DNA of 64,000 nt from a virus, in the IMG/VR virus record IMGVR_UViG_3300029448_000001, positions 32,001 to 96,000 of that record; one strand, written 5' to 3'. This document shows positions 37,032 through 46,907 of the stretch, in pieces. Numbering within the stretch: position 1 is the first letter of the stretch; each line of letters starts with the position of its first letter. The position numbers and the translations under genes were made by a program. A model generated the notes under the pieces. That model was not told the origin of the DNA, did no database searches, and was given only the letters and a program-made list of their open reading frames with translations.

Positions 37032-38743
37032 TAATATTTAAAACTTTAAAATGGAAAAATTTTCTTTCAACTGGTAATTATTTTACAAAGATAAATTTAA
37101 ATTCTAATGTAAATACTTTAGTTGTCGGTGAAAATGGTTCAGGCAAATCTACAATGTTAGATGCATTGTGTTTTGGACTTTTTGGTAAAGCATTTAGAAG
37201 GATTAATAAATCTCAACTAATTAACAGTATCAATCTAAAAGATTGTGTTATAGAAATAGACTTTTCAATATCTGAAAGAAAATTTAAAATAGTAAGAGGA
37301 ATAAAACCTAATATTTTTGAAATATATTGTGATGGAAATCTAGTTTCACAAGATGCTTCAGTTAGAGATTACCAAGAACATTTAGAAAAATTTATATTAA
37401 AATTAAATTATAAATCTTTTACTCAAGTTGTAATTTTAGGTTCGGCATCTTTTACTCCTTTTATGCAGTTGTCCGCAAGTGACCGAAGAAATATTATTGA
37501 GAATATTTTAGACATTCAAATTTTTTCAGTAATGCATGATATCTTAAAAAAGAAAGTGAGTTCAAATAAAGAATCTATTACAGAAAATAAACACGAAATA
37601 CAATTAGCAAATCAAGAACATGATTTGCATAAAAAATATCTTAAAGATTTAAAAGAAAATAATGAACAAAAAATAAAAGAGTTCAATAAAGAAATAACTA
37701 GTAGTGCAAAAATAGTAACAAGTTTATCAAAAAAAATTACTTTAGATAATAAAAAGATTACGACATTATCTACTAAGGTTACTAAAAGAATAGAAACAGA
37801 AAGTAAAATTAAGAAGATTGAAAAACTTGAATCTAAAATAGAATCAAAAATATCTTCATTTGAACATGATATACATTTTTTACATTCTAATGATGATTGT
37901 CCTACTTGCAAACAATCTATTTCCAAAAAATTTAAAGAAAAAGAATTGAATGATTTATCATCAAAAAAGATTGAATGTGAAAGTGGATTAGAAAAAATAT
38001 CAAGTGAATTAACAAAGTATCAAACAAATTTGGGTGAAATACAAAATTTACAAAGTGATATTCATACCTTACAACTACAGGTCGCAGTTGATACAAATAC
38101 AGTTTTAGAAAAGAAAAAGTATATAAAAAAGATACAAAAGGAAATCAAGGAAATACAATCTTTAAAAAATAATAAGGATAGTGAAGAGAATAAATTAAAA
38201 AATGTAAAAGAAAAAATATCAAATTTAAATAAATCATTGGAAGATTTATTAGATGAAAAAACATATAATGAAGCTGTAGCATCTCTTTTAAAAGATGACG
38301 GTATAAAACGAAAGATTGTTAAACAATATTTACCTATTATAAACAAGTTGGTTAACAAGTATCTTTCTACCTTAGATTTCTTTGTTAATTTTACTTTAGA
38401 TGAAAGTTTTAAAGAAACAATTAAATCCAGACATAGAGATGATTTCAGTTACGATTCTTTTAGTGAGGGAGAAAAGCAAAGAATAGACATGGCTTTGATG
38501 CTTACTTGGAGAACAATAGCAAAAATGAAAAATTCCGCAAGTACAAATCTTCTTATACTTGATGAAATATTTGACTCTTCTCTAGACGTAAATGGAACTG
38601 ATGAATTGATGGAAATATTAGGTTCTTTAGAAGATGTTAATTTGTTCGTAATTAGTCATAAAGGAGATATATTACAAGACAAATTTACTGAAGTCTTAAA
38701 TTTTGAAAAAAGAGGGGATTTTTCTATAATCAAAAAAATATAA
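37028..38743 (+). CDS. gp46: Recombination endonuclease ATPase subunit (Rad50/SbcC-like)
   Basis: GENGSGKS, CPTC zinc hook, FSEGEK, LDEIFD, ISH. Confidence 0.95.
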   Translation: MIIFKTLKWKNFLSTGNYFTKINLNSNVNTLVVGENGSGKSTMLDALCFGLFGKAFRRINKSQLINSINLKDCVIEIDFSISERKFKIVRGIKPNIFEIYCDGNLVSQDASVRDYQEHLEKFILKLNYKSFTQVVILGSASFTPFMQLSASDRRNIIENILDIQIFSVMHDILKKKVSSNKESITENKHEIQLANQEHDLHKKYLKDLKENNEQKIKEFNKEITSSAKIVTSLSKKITLDNKKITTLSTKVTKRIETESKIKKIEKLESKIESKISSFEHDIHFLHSNDDCPTCKQSISKKFKEKELNDLSSKKIECESGLEKISSELTKYQTNLGEIQNLQSDIHTLQLQVAVDTNTVLEKKKYIKKIQKEIKEIQSLKNNKDSEENKLKNVKEKISNLNKSLEDLLDEKTYNEAVASLLKDDGIKRKIVKQYLPIINKLVNKYLSTLDFFVNFTLDESFKETIKSRHRDDFSYDSFSEGEKQRIDMALMLTWRTIAKMKNSASTNLLILDEIFDSSLDVNGTDELMEILGSLEDVNLFVISHKGDILQDKFTEVLNFEKRGDFSIIKKI

Positions 38744-38746
38744 ATA
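38739..38746 (+). promoter_or_regulatory. Late promoter heading the Fe-S/cytochrome operon
   Basis: TATAAATA overlapping the gp46 stop codon. Confidence 0.65.
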
Positions 38747-38751
38747 ATGAT

Positions 38752-39066
38752 ATGAAAAAAATATTATTGTTACTACTTTTGTTTAGTTTTTCTACAAATG
38801 CTGTTCCACCTCCTAGAGGAATAGATCCAGTAGAAGCTAAACGACAAGAAAGAAAAGCTAAAGCAGAAAGAGAAAAGGCTCGTAAAGATTCTATAAACTG
38901 TTATATAACAGAAAGAAAAAGAAGAAGCGACGGAGGATATAATTGCATATACAGATGTCCTTTAAAATTCAATCCTAAAACTCGTAAAAGAGAATATCGA
39001 GTAGAAAACAATAATGTAGGGCCCGGGTTTGGGTGTCCTTCAACAATGAATGTTTTAAGGAGATAA
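38752..39066 (+). CDS. Hypothetical exported protein with 4 Cys
   Basis: Signal peptide MKKILLLLLLFSFSTNA; basic mature domain. Confidence 0.65.
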   Translation: MKKILLLLLLFSFSTNAVPPPRGIDPVEAKRQERKAKAEREKARKDSINCYITERKRRSDGGYNCIYRCPLKFNPKTRKREYRVENNNVGPGFGCPSTMNVLRR

Positions 39067-39067
39067 C

Positions 39068-39469
39068 ATGGCTTACAGCGATAAAGTTATAGACCATTAT
39101 GAAAACCCTAGAAATGTAGGGTCTATGGACAAGAGTGACCCTAGTGTTGGAACTGGTATGGTTGGGGCTCCAGCGTGTGGTGATGTAATGAAATTACAAA
39201 TTAAAGTTAGTGATGAAGGTATCATAGAAGATGCTAAATTTAAAACTTATGGTTGTGGTAGTGCTATTGCAAGTAGCAGTTTAGTTACAGAGTGGATTAA
39301 AGGTAGAAGCATAGAACACGCAGAGGAAATAAAAAATACAGCGATAGCTAAAGAGTTGTGTTTACCTCCTGTAAAAATACATTGTAGTATATTAGCCGAA
39401 GATGCTGTTAGGTCCGCAATAGACGATTACAAGAAAAAAAAGATTGAAGTTAAACAGGAGATTCTATAA
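39068..39469 (+). CDS. iscU: Fe-S cluster scaffold
   Basis: [43 protein letters not shown]. Confidence 0.96.
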   Translation: MAYSDKVIDHYENPRNVGSMDKSDPSVGTGMVGAPACGDVMKLQIKVSDEGIIEDAKFKTYGCGSAIASSSLVTEWIKGRSIEHAEEIKNTAIAKELCLPPVKIHCSILAEDAVRSAIDDYKKKKIEVKQEIL

Positions 39470-39891
39470 TGTTTGATAAATTACTTTCAAGAAAAAATAA
39501 AGAAAAATCTGATGCAGATGAATTGTTAGATTTTTGTGATGAAGCTAGTACTACAGATAAAATGCCTGACCTTTTTCACGTTACAAAGGCGGCCGCTAAT
39601 AAAGTTTCATCACTAGTAAGCAATGAAAAGAATGCTAAAGGATTAAGAATATTTGTTCAAGGTGGAGGTTGTTCTGGTTTTCAATATGGATTTGCTTTTG
39701 CAGAGGAAATTGAGGAAGATGATACTGAGATAAAACAGCATGGAGTTTCAATAGTAGTTGATGCTATGAGTTATCAGTATGTAATGGGAGCAGAAGTAGA
39801 TTATAAAGATGACTTACAAGGTGCATCATTTGTAATTCGTAATCCAAATGCAACCGCTACTTGTGGGTGTGGTTCTAGTTTTGCATATTAA
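39469..39891 (+). CDS. erpA: A-type Fe-S carrier (ErpA/IscA family)
   Basis: [25 protein letters not shown]. Confidence 0.88.
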   Translation: MFDKLLSRKNKEKSDADELLDFCDEASTTDKMPDLFHVTKAAANKVSSLVSNEKNAKGLRIFVQGGGCSGFQYGFAFAEEIEEDDTEIKQHGVSIVVDAMSYQYVMGAEVDYKDDLQGASFVIRNPNATATCGCGSSFAY

Positions 39892-39901
39892 AGGAGATAA
39901 A

Positions 39902-40210
39902 ATGAAAAAATTATTGTTAATAACATTACTTTGTTTTTCAAATTTTGCAATGGCAGGGAATTCTAAATTAGGTGAAGCTAAATTTAAAATGAATTGTAAA
40001 CAATGTCATGGTCCAGCTGGAATGGGTATGGCAAGTTATCCTAAAGTATCTGGAAATCCAGTAGAATACACAATTGATAAATTGAAAACTTATCGAAGCG
40101 GTCAAGAGGTGGGACCTAATTCAGCACTAATGATAATGATGGCTAAACCTTTAAGTGATACTGATATAGAAAATTTAGCTGAATATCTTAAAAATGCAAA
40201 GAGAGACTAA
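39902..40210 (+). CDS. Periplasmic class I c-type cytochrome (c553/c4-like)
   Basis: ATG at 39902 after AAGGAG; signal peptide; CKQCH heme motif; distal Met; LSDTDIENLAEYL. Confidence 0.9.
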   Translation: MKKLLLITLLCFSNFAMAGNSKLGEAKFKMNCKQCHGPAGMGMASYPKVSGNPVEYTIDKLKTYRSGQEVGPNSALMIMMAKPLSDTDIENLAEYLKNAKRD

Positions 40211-40213
40211 CAA

Positions 40214-40807
40214 ATGGAAATAAATGAATTTATAATATCTTTAGCAGTAGATTTTTGGCAGTGGACAGTTTTAATTCTTTTAATCATACTAGGATTTTTA
40301 ATCAATTTGTTTGATAAAAAAATAGATAATAGAGTTAATTTTAAATACTCAGTATTTCCTCATATGAAACCTATACCTATTAAAACAAAAGGTAAAGGAT
40401 TCTTTAAAATGATTCTTATGTGGATATTTGGAGTCAGGCATTGGGAAATAGTGAAAGATTTTACTTTTTCATTAAAAGGTAAAAGATATGTAATACCAGC
40501 AGGTTTTAAATTTGATGGTGCAAGTATACCAAAATTTTTACATACTTTTTTATCCCCTGTAGGAGTTCTTTTAATAGGAGGTTTAATTCATGATTATGCC
40601 TATAAATATGAAACCTTGTTAAAAGCAAATAAAAAAGATACAATGGGAATTGTAACTCAAAAAAAAGCAGATGAAATTTTTAGAGATATTAATATAGAAA
40701 TAAACGGATTCTTTTTAATGAACTACTTAGCATACTACTCTTTAAGATTGGCAGGTTTTGTTGCGTGGAATAAACATAGAAAAGTAAATGCTAAAATTGG
40801 TAAATAG
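40214..40807 (+). CDS. DUF1353-like membrane-anchored protein
   Basis: IPAGFKFDGASIP, IHDYAY, ADEIF; N-terminal TM segment. Confidence 0.75.
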   Translation: MEINEFIISLAVDFWQWTVLILLIILGFLINLFDKKIDNRVNFKYSVFPHMKPIPIKTKGKGFFKMILMWIFGVRHWEIVKDFTFSLKGKRYVIPAGFKFDGASIPKFLHTFLSPVGVLLIGGLIHDYAYKYETLLKANKKDTMGIVTQKKADEIFRDINIEINGFFLMNYLAYYSLRLAGFVAWNKHRKVNAKIGK

Positions 40808-40821
40808 ATAAAGGTTGCATT

Positions 40822-41328
40822 ATGAAATTAAATTTAGTGAAAGAAACAAATCCAATATTATTTAAAGAGTGTGAAGATTTTAATTTTGAAAATCCTCAAA
40901 CTGACCCAATAGAATTAGCTAAAGATTTAAATGAGACAATGATTTACAATAAAGGATTAGGTCTATCAGCTAATCAAGTAGGTCTATCATGTAAAGTATT
41001 TGTAGTGAGAGTTGAAGATGAAACTCCGTGTGCATTTTTTAATCCTAGAATTGTAGACATATCTGAAAATAAAGTTTCAATGCAAGAAGGCTGTCTAAGT
41101 TTTCCTTTATTGTTTTTAAAAGTAAAAAGACCTGATGCTGTTAAGATTAGATACGAAGATGAAAATGGAAATACAATGACAAATACTTTTACAGGAATGA
41201 CTGCTAGAGTAGTATTGCATGAGTATGACCATCTAAAAGGTCAAGTCTTTACGAATGTTGCTCATAAGTTTGAAAGCGAAAGAGGTTTACGAAAACGCAT
41301 GATTTTAAAGAGAAAACTTAAAAAATAG
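40822..41328 (+). CDS. def: Peptide deformylase
   Basis: GLGLSANQVG, EGCLS, HEYDHL. Confidence 0.95.
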   Translation: MKLNLVKETNPILFKECEDFNFENPQTDPIELAKDLNETMIYNKGLGLSANQVGLSCKVFVVRVEDETPCAFFNPRIVDISENKVSMQEGCLSFPLLFLKVKRPDAVKIRYEDENGNTMTNTFTGMTARVVLHEYDHLKGQVFTNVAHKFESERGLRKRMILKRKLKK

Positions 41329-41359
41329 TGTTGTTTTTACGCAAATATGTAAAAAACTG

Positions 41360-41387
41360 TTGCATTTTTCTGTAGGTTTGTTACCAT
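41360..41387 (+). promoter_or_regulatory. Early sigma70-type promoter
   Basis: TTGCAT-TTTTCTGTAGGTTTGT-TACCAT, near-identical to the 43779 promoter. Confidence 0.65.
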
Positions 41388-41393
41388 TATTAT

Positions 41394-43763
41394 ATGACAA
41401 CAACAAATGAGAAAAAAAACATTATGAATTTAGAACAAAAAAACTTGCTCTATAAATTATATTCCGAAGAAGATGTCAACATAGTTCGTAAAAAAGTTGA
41501 GACCGCTTCTTTCAATATAAAGACTAGAACAATTACCATGCCTGTCTTTGAAGATATGACTACCAGCATGGAAGATACTCTAGGCGGTCACGAAAGTGCC
41601 CACGCAAAATACACACCAACTGATTGGTCATTCGACCCTGCTCATAAAGATAATCCAGATTACATTTACGTTGATTCAAAACTAAAAAGTTTTGTGAATG
41701 TTGTTGAAGATGCGAGAATCGAAAGGTTGATGAAACAAGATTATCCTGGCCTTGCAAAAGTTATGATAAAAGGCTACAAAGATTTTATGAATAGAGACTT
41801 CTTTAAAATTAAAGGACAAGACCCTAATGATTTTCTTTTGATTGACAAAATAAATCTTAGATTTAAACTTGGTCTTGCCAATTTTAATATTGATTTCAAT
41901 GAAGAGGAACAGTCCTTTGTTGACCGCGTTTCAAAATGTAATAAAGATGAGGTCATTTCTCTATCCGAAGAAATTTATGATTACTGTAAAAAAGAGCAAG
42001 AAGAAAAACAGCAAGAGCAATTAGAAAATTCTCAAGAGTTAGAATTCGACCTTGATGATATTGATGAAGATTCTGATTCTTCCGAGAGCGAGTCAACTTC
42101 AGAATCAGATTTTTCAGATGATGAAGATTTTGATGATGAAGATAGTGAGTTAGAAGATGAGACATCTGAAGATTCAGAAAATGATTCAGAAAATGAAACA
42201 GAAAAATCTAAAATTAATTATGATTCTGATGAAGATGATTCTGATTCCGATGAGAATAAAAAATCTGTAGAAACTAGTACTGGTTGGTCTGTTTGTAAAG
42301 TTGAAGCCATGACCGATACTAATTTTGCTGAGTCCTTAGCTAAGTCTGTTAGTGATAAAAAAATTAATCAAACAACTTTACCAGAGTTTGATATTTCTCC
42401 TGTAGTTGTCAACTGGAAAGACGTTAGGGTGTTTAGAAGTGACTTTGCTAATAAGAAAAAGACAATTTGGGCTAATGATAAAACTCTTGTTAAATTTGAA
42501 AAAGAAAATAAGAGTGCGATTAACTACTTAGTAAAAGAGTTTGAGATGAGAAAACAAGCCGCTTCTCATAGAAGAACACAACTATCTGATACAGGCTCTA
42601 TTGACCCTAATAAGTTACATAGCTATAAATTCAATGACAATATATTTCGCAAGATTGGTATTACACCAGATGGTAAGAATCACGGTGTTACTATGTTTGT
42701 TGATTTCTCTGGGTCTATGAATGACATACTAAAAGAAACAATTGACCAGGTAATTACTGTTACTCACTTCTTAAAAAGAGTTGGTATTCCATTTGAAGTT
42801 TACTCTTTTACTAGTACTAACTATGGAAATGAACAAAGAACTTCTGACCAGTGGTTAAAACAATTAGAGAAAAGTAAGTTTGAGCAAAAAGAAAATGAGA
42901 TGTATTTTACTAACGAGGAATTTTCAGACTTAACTATACTGAACCTACTATCTAGTAAAATGACTACTCCGCAATATAGACAAAGGTGTGATGATTTACT
43001 AGACTTTGGAGGATTGTCAAAAGATTGGTGGAAGTTAATTAGAAGAGGTAGAGTTGATATTTCAGCTATTCCAGAAAAATGGAGAGAAAGTCTTTATTAT
43101 CATTCTGATTCAATGATGAGTTTAGGTGGAACCCCATTAAACTTCACACTCATTGGTGCTGTTAAACTAATCAATGACTTTAAAGTCGCTAACAAAATTG
43201 AAAGGCATACTACATTATTTGTTACTGATGGCTGGGATAGTCCTCAAGAACACAATTCAGAGTTAAGAACTCCTGATAAAGATGCAGAATGGGATCCATA
43301 CTTTGTTAGAGGCGATACTGTCCAAGGTCAAACATTACAAGATACTAGTTTCCTTAAAGACAAGGCAACCCAAAAAGTTTATAAAACTTCTGAGTTGGGT
43401 CTTATACCTAGTTTAGTTGAGAGACTAAAAGACAGGACAGATACTAGTGCGTTTAGTTTCTTTATCTCTACTAATAAAACATATGACATACAGGACAACC
43501 TTAAAAGACATGGTCTAAATCCTTATGAAAATGGTATTATTAAAAAGTTTAAAGCCGAGAAGTCTATCTCAACTACGCAATACGGTTATGATGAGTTAGT
43601 TATTTTACCTAGCAATGCACTCAATATCGAAAATGACACGCTTGACGATTTAGTAGATGATGATGCATCAGTTAGAAAAATAGCTACAGCATTTAAGAAA
43701 ATGAATAAAAACAGACTCTTAAATAGACTGTTCTTGTCGAAATTGATAGAAAATGTAGCTTAA
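41394..43763 (+). CDS. Metallopeptidase-like + vWA protein (CobT-like MoxR partner)
   Basis: HESAH, NVVEDARIE, acidic linker, DFSGSM MIDAS, GGTPL, VTDG. Confidence 0.82.
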   Translation: MTTTNEKKNIMNLEQKNLLYKLYSEEDVNIVRKKVETASFNIKTRTITMPVFEDMTTSMEDTLGGHESAHAKYTPTDWSFDPAHKDNPDYIYVDSKLKSFVNVVEDARIERLMKQDYPGLAKVMIKGYKDFMNRDFFKIKGQDPNDFLLIDKINLRFKLGLANFNIDFNEEEQSFVDRVSKCNKDEVISLSEEIYDYCKKEQEEKQQEQLENSQELEFDLDDIDEDSDSSESESTSESDFSDDEDFDDEDSELEDETSEDSENDSENETEKSKINYDSDEDDSDSDENKKSVETSTGWSVCKVEAMTDTNFAESLAKSVSDKKINQTTLPEFDISPVVVNWKDVRVFRSDFANKKKTIWANDKTLVKFEKENKSAINYLVKEFEMRKQAASHRRTQLSDTGSIDPNKLHSYKFNDNIFRKIGITPDGKNHGVTMFVDFSGSMNDILKETIDQVITVTHFLKRVGIPFEVYSFTSTNYGNEQRTSDQWLKQLEKSKFEQKENEMYFTNEEFSDLTILNLLSSKMTTPQYRQRCDDLLDFGGLSKDWWKLIRRGRVDISAIPEKWRESLYYHSDSMMSLGGTPLNFTLIGAVKLINDFKVANKIERHTTLFVTDGWDSPQEHNSELRTPDKDAEWDPYFVRGDTVQGQTLQDTSFLKDKATQKVYKTSELGLIPSLVERLKDRTDTSAFSFFISTNKTYDIQDNLKRHGLNPYENGIIKKFKAEKSISTTQYGYDELVILPSNALNIENDTLDDLVDDDASVRKIATAFKKMNKNRLLNRLFLSKLIENVA

Positions 43764-43806
43764 TCGCTACATTTTCCATTGACATTTTCTGTAGTTTTGT
43801 TACCAT
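43749..43806 (+). promoter_or_regulatory. 11-bp hairpin followed by early promoter
   Basis: GAAAATGTAGC/GCTACATTTTC; TTGACA-TTTTCTGTAGTTTTGT-TACCAT at 43779-43806. Confidence 0.65.
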
Positions 43807-43858
43807 AAAAGAGTAGTTTTTTAATTTGATGATTTAATTTTTGAGGAGAAATTTTGTT

Positions 43859-45028
43859 ATGAATGTAAATCTTGATTTAGTAAATCAACTAAATGCGAAA
43901 TACGGTTCGGTCGTTACACGAAAACAAATTAAAGAAATGTTTCGTGCTAACGGTTCTTTATCTATTGCAAGGTCTGATTATCAGAACTTGATTTCTGATA
44001 ATTTTAGAATCTCTAGGGGTAAGTATTCTTACGAGAAAGTTTTAAATCCTTCAGTAGTTGCCACTCAATCAAATGATACTGAATTGAATGCAATGGCCCA
44101 AGTTGTAGAAATGAAGCCTCTTGCCAAATCAGTTATTGATTCTGTATCGCATGTAGAGAGAAATATAATTCCAGATGTTGACCCTCTTTATGTTCCTTTT
44201 GGCTTTTCAGATGACATGGTTAAAGTAGTTGCTACTAAAAAGTTTTTCCCAGTTTTTGTTTCTGGACTATCTGGTAACGGTAAAACATTTATGGTAGAAC
44301 AAGCCTGTGCTAAGGTTAAACGTGAATGTATTAGGGTTAACATTTCAAATGAGACTGATGAAGACGATTTGCTCGGCGGATTCAGATTAATTAATGGTGA
44401 AACAAAATGGTTTGATGGTCCAGTTGTTCAGGCCATGAAATCAGGTGCGATTCTTATTCTTGATGAGATTGATAGAGGTTCTAATGCTCTACTCTGTATT
44501 CAAGGTGTTATGGAAGGTAAGGGCGTGATTATCAAAAAGACTGGTGAGTATGTTGAGCCTACATTAGGGTTTAATGTTGTTGCTACTGCGAATACCAAAG
44601 GTAAAGGTGATGAGAGCGGTAAGTACATGGCGGCCACAATTCTTGATGATGCTTTTCTTGAGAGATTCCCAATTACAGTTGAGCAAGATTATCCTGCCGA
44701 AAAACTTGAGAAAAAGATTCTTATGAAAAAAATGAGTTCACTAGGCATTGATGATGAGGGTTGGGTAGACAATCTAGTTAAGTGGGCAAATGTGATTCGT
44801 AAGACTTATCAAGAAGGTGGTGTTGATGAGATAATCTCTACTAGAAGGCTTGTTCAGATTCTTGATGCCAATATTATGTTTGATAAGGTTGGGTCTATTA
44901 AATACTGTATCAACAGATTTGATAACGAAACTAAGTCATCATTCTTTGACTTATACACCAAGATAGATTCTGGTGTTGATGTCGGAGAGACTTCTGATGA
45001 AGAGTCTGCCGTAGCTAGTACTGAGTAG
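43859..45028 (+). CDS. MoxR-family AAA+ ATPase (CobS-like)
   Basis: GLSGNGKT, LDEID, TANTKGKG, AFLERF, ISTRRL; ATG at 43859 after GAGGAG. Confidence 0.9.
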   Translation: MNVNLDLVNQLNAKYGSVVTRKQIKEMFRANGSLSIARSDYQNLISDNFRISRGKYSYEKVLNPSVVATQSNDTELNAMAQVVEMKPLAKSVIDSVSHVERNIIPDVDPLYVPFGFSDDMVKVVATKKFFPVFVSGLSGNGKTFMVEQACAKVKRECIRVNISNETDEDDLLGGFRLINGETKWFDGPVVQAMKSGAILILDEIDRGSNALLCIQGVMEGKGVIIKKTGEYVEPTLGFNVVATANTKGKGDESGKYMAATILDDAFLERFPITVEQDYPAEKLEKKILMKKMSSLGIDDEGWVDNLVKWANVIRKTYQEGGVDEIISTRRLVQILDANIMFDKVGSIKYCINRFDNETKSSFFDLYTKIDSGVDVGETSDEESAVASTE

Positions 45029-45039
45029 TAAACTTTTTG

Positions 45040-45068
45040 AAAAAGGCCTCACTAGTTGGGGTCTTTTC
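45040..45068 (+). terminator. Rho-independent terminator
   Basis: AAAAGGCCTCA-CTAGT-TGGGGTCTTTT. Confidence 0.65.
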
Positions 45069-45108
45069 TTATATATAGAAAGTGTGTCATATTTAAAATG
45101 GAGTTATA

Positions 45109-45948
45109 ATGCAAATTGAAATGAATATCGAGTTGTTAAGAAATAAAAAATTATTCTTAGCGACTCCAATGTATGGCGGAATGTGTTCAGGTGTTTACAC
45201 TAAATCTTTAAGTGACTTTATGGTTTTATGTACAAAGTATCAAATTGAATGTAAGTTGTTTTTTATATTTAACGAATCACTTATTACTAGAGCCAGAAAT
45301 TATTTAGCTGATGAGTTTATAAGAAGCGGATATGATCATCTAATTTTTATTGATAGCGACATACATTTTGAGGCCCAAGATGTACTTTTATTATCTCACT
45401 ATGCCGCAACTGAACCTGAAATGGAAATTGTTTGCGGGCCTTATCCTAAAAAAGCAATCTCATGGGAAAAAATAAAACTAGCAGTAGATAAGGGTTACGC
45501 TGATAAAGACCCAAATTCTTTGGAAAACTTTGTAGGAGATTATGTATTTAATCCTGCTGATGGAATTACGTCATTTAGAATTGATGAGCCTGTTGAAGTT
45601 AAAGAAGGTGGAACAGGATTTATGTTAGTAACTAGAACAGCTTTTGATAAGTTTGCTGAAAAATATCCTCAACAATCTTATAAACCTGACCACGTTAGAA
45701 CAAAAGCATTTGATGGTAGTAGAGAAATAATGGCATACTTTGATTGTGTTATCGACCCCAAGACCAAAAGATATTTATCTGAAGATTATATGTTTTGTCA
45801 ATGGGCAAGGGAAGCTGGAGTTAAAGTCTTTATGTTACCTTGGTTAAATTTAAAACATGCAGGTACTTATATATTCGGAGGTTCTTTACAGGCTTTAGCT
45901 ACCATTGGTGCATCACCAACAGCAGATACTAGTGTGCCTAAAAAATGA
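45109..45948 (+). CDS. GT-A fold glycosyltransferase-like protein
   Basis: ATPMYGG, ESLITRARN, FIDSDI (DxD), GTGFML, YLSEDYMFC. Confidence 0.75.
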   Translation: MQIEMNIELLRNKKLFLATPMYGGMCSGVYTKSLSDFMVLCTKYQIECKLFFIFNESLITRARNYLADEFIRSGYDHLIFIDSDIHFEAQDVLLLSHYAATEPEMEIVCGPYPKKAISWEKIKLAVDKGYADKDPNSLENFVGDYVFNPADGITSFRIDEPVEVKEGGTGFMLVTRTAFDKFAEKYPQQSYKPDHVRTKAFDGSREIMAYFDCVIDPKTKRYLSEDYMFCQWAREAGVKVFMLPWLNLKHAGTYIFGGSLQALATIGASPTADTSVPKK

Positions 45949-46232
45949 TAGAATACAAATATGATGAAAATAATTCTTTAAGTGAAATAAAAGAATATAT
46001 TGATAAAACTTATGGGCAACATTATTCAAAAAATAATTTTCAGGCTACTGAATTTATAATTGATGGTGGACATGGTGAAGGTTTTTGTATCGGCAACATT
46101 ATGAAATACGCTCAACGATACGGAAAAAAGAATGGTAGGGATAAAAATGACTTACTAAAAGTGATTCATTATGCGATAATAATGTTACACGTTCATAACT
46201 TAGCGAAAGGAAATGATAATGAAATTAAGTGA
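45945..46232 (+). CDS. DUF3310-like putative nucleotide kinase
   Basis: HYS, GFCIGNIMKYAQRYGKKNG, DLLKVIHY. Confidence 0.75.
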   Translation: MIEYKYDENNSLSEIKEYIDKTYGQHYSKNNFQATEFIIDGGHGEGFCIGNIMKYAQRYGKKNGRDKNDLLKVIHYAIIMLHVHNLAKGNDNEIK

Positions 46233-46890
46233 AAACACAATTTCTATTTTGAAAAATTGTGCCATGATAAATGAAGGCATACAAATAAAACCAGGGTCTA
46301 CTATTAGAACCATTTCTAAGATGAAAAATGTCTTAGCTAAGGCTACTATTGATGAGACCTTTGATAATGAGATAGTTCTTTATGACTTGAATAGATTTCT
46401 TGGGCTTGTAGGTATGCTAAAAGACCCTGAGATAGAAGTTAATTCAGGTGAAAAGATTCTAAATGTAAAGTCTAGTTCTACTAATAGTAAAATAAGACTT
46501 TCTGATGTAAGTATGATTATTGCTCCTCCTGAAAAAGATATTGATTTAGTTTCTCCCGAAGTTGAGTTTGAATTGAAACAGAATGATTTGAATCAAGTTG
46601 TTAGGTCTTCCTCTGTTTTAGGTCTTCCAAATATAGCTGTAATAGGTGATAGGGAAAATATCTACTTGGCGACTCTAGACCAAAAAGATTCTAATAGTGA
46701 TGAGTTTAAAATAAAAGTAGGAACAACTTCTTCTGAGTTTGTTTTTTATTTTGTAACTGAAAACTTAAAATTAATATCAGGTGATTATAATGTTTCAGTC
46801 ACAACAAAAGGCTTTTCACATTTTAAAAATGTAAATGGTAAAATTGAATATTGGCTTGCCAATGAGGCAGGTTCCGAGTTTAGTGAATAA
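46219..46890 (+). CDS. gp45: Sliding clamp
   Basis: MKLSENTISILKN, YDLNRFL, ENLKLISGDY. Confidence 0.92.
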   Translation: MKLSENTISILKNCAMINEGIQIKPGSTIRTISKMKNVLAKATIDETFDNEIVLYDLNRFLGLVGMLKDPEIEVNSGEKILNVKSSSTNSKIRLSDVSMIIAPPEKDIDLVSPEVEFELKQNDLNQVVRSSSVLGLPNIAVIGDRENIYLATLDQKDSNSDEFKIKVGTTSSEFVFYFVTENLKLISGDYNVSVTTKGFSHFKNVNGKIEYWLANEAGSEFSE

Positions 46891-46907
46891 TATATTATGG
46901 AGTTTTT

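Noticed and set aside
41394-45028. Cobalamin biosynthesis (cobT/cobS) interpretation
   Set aside because: No cobN or other cob genes; architecture fits a generic MoxR/vWA pair
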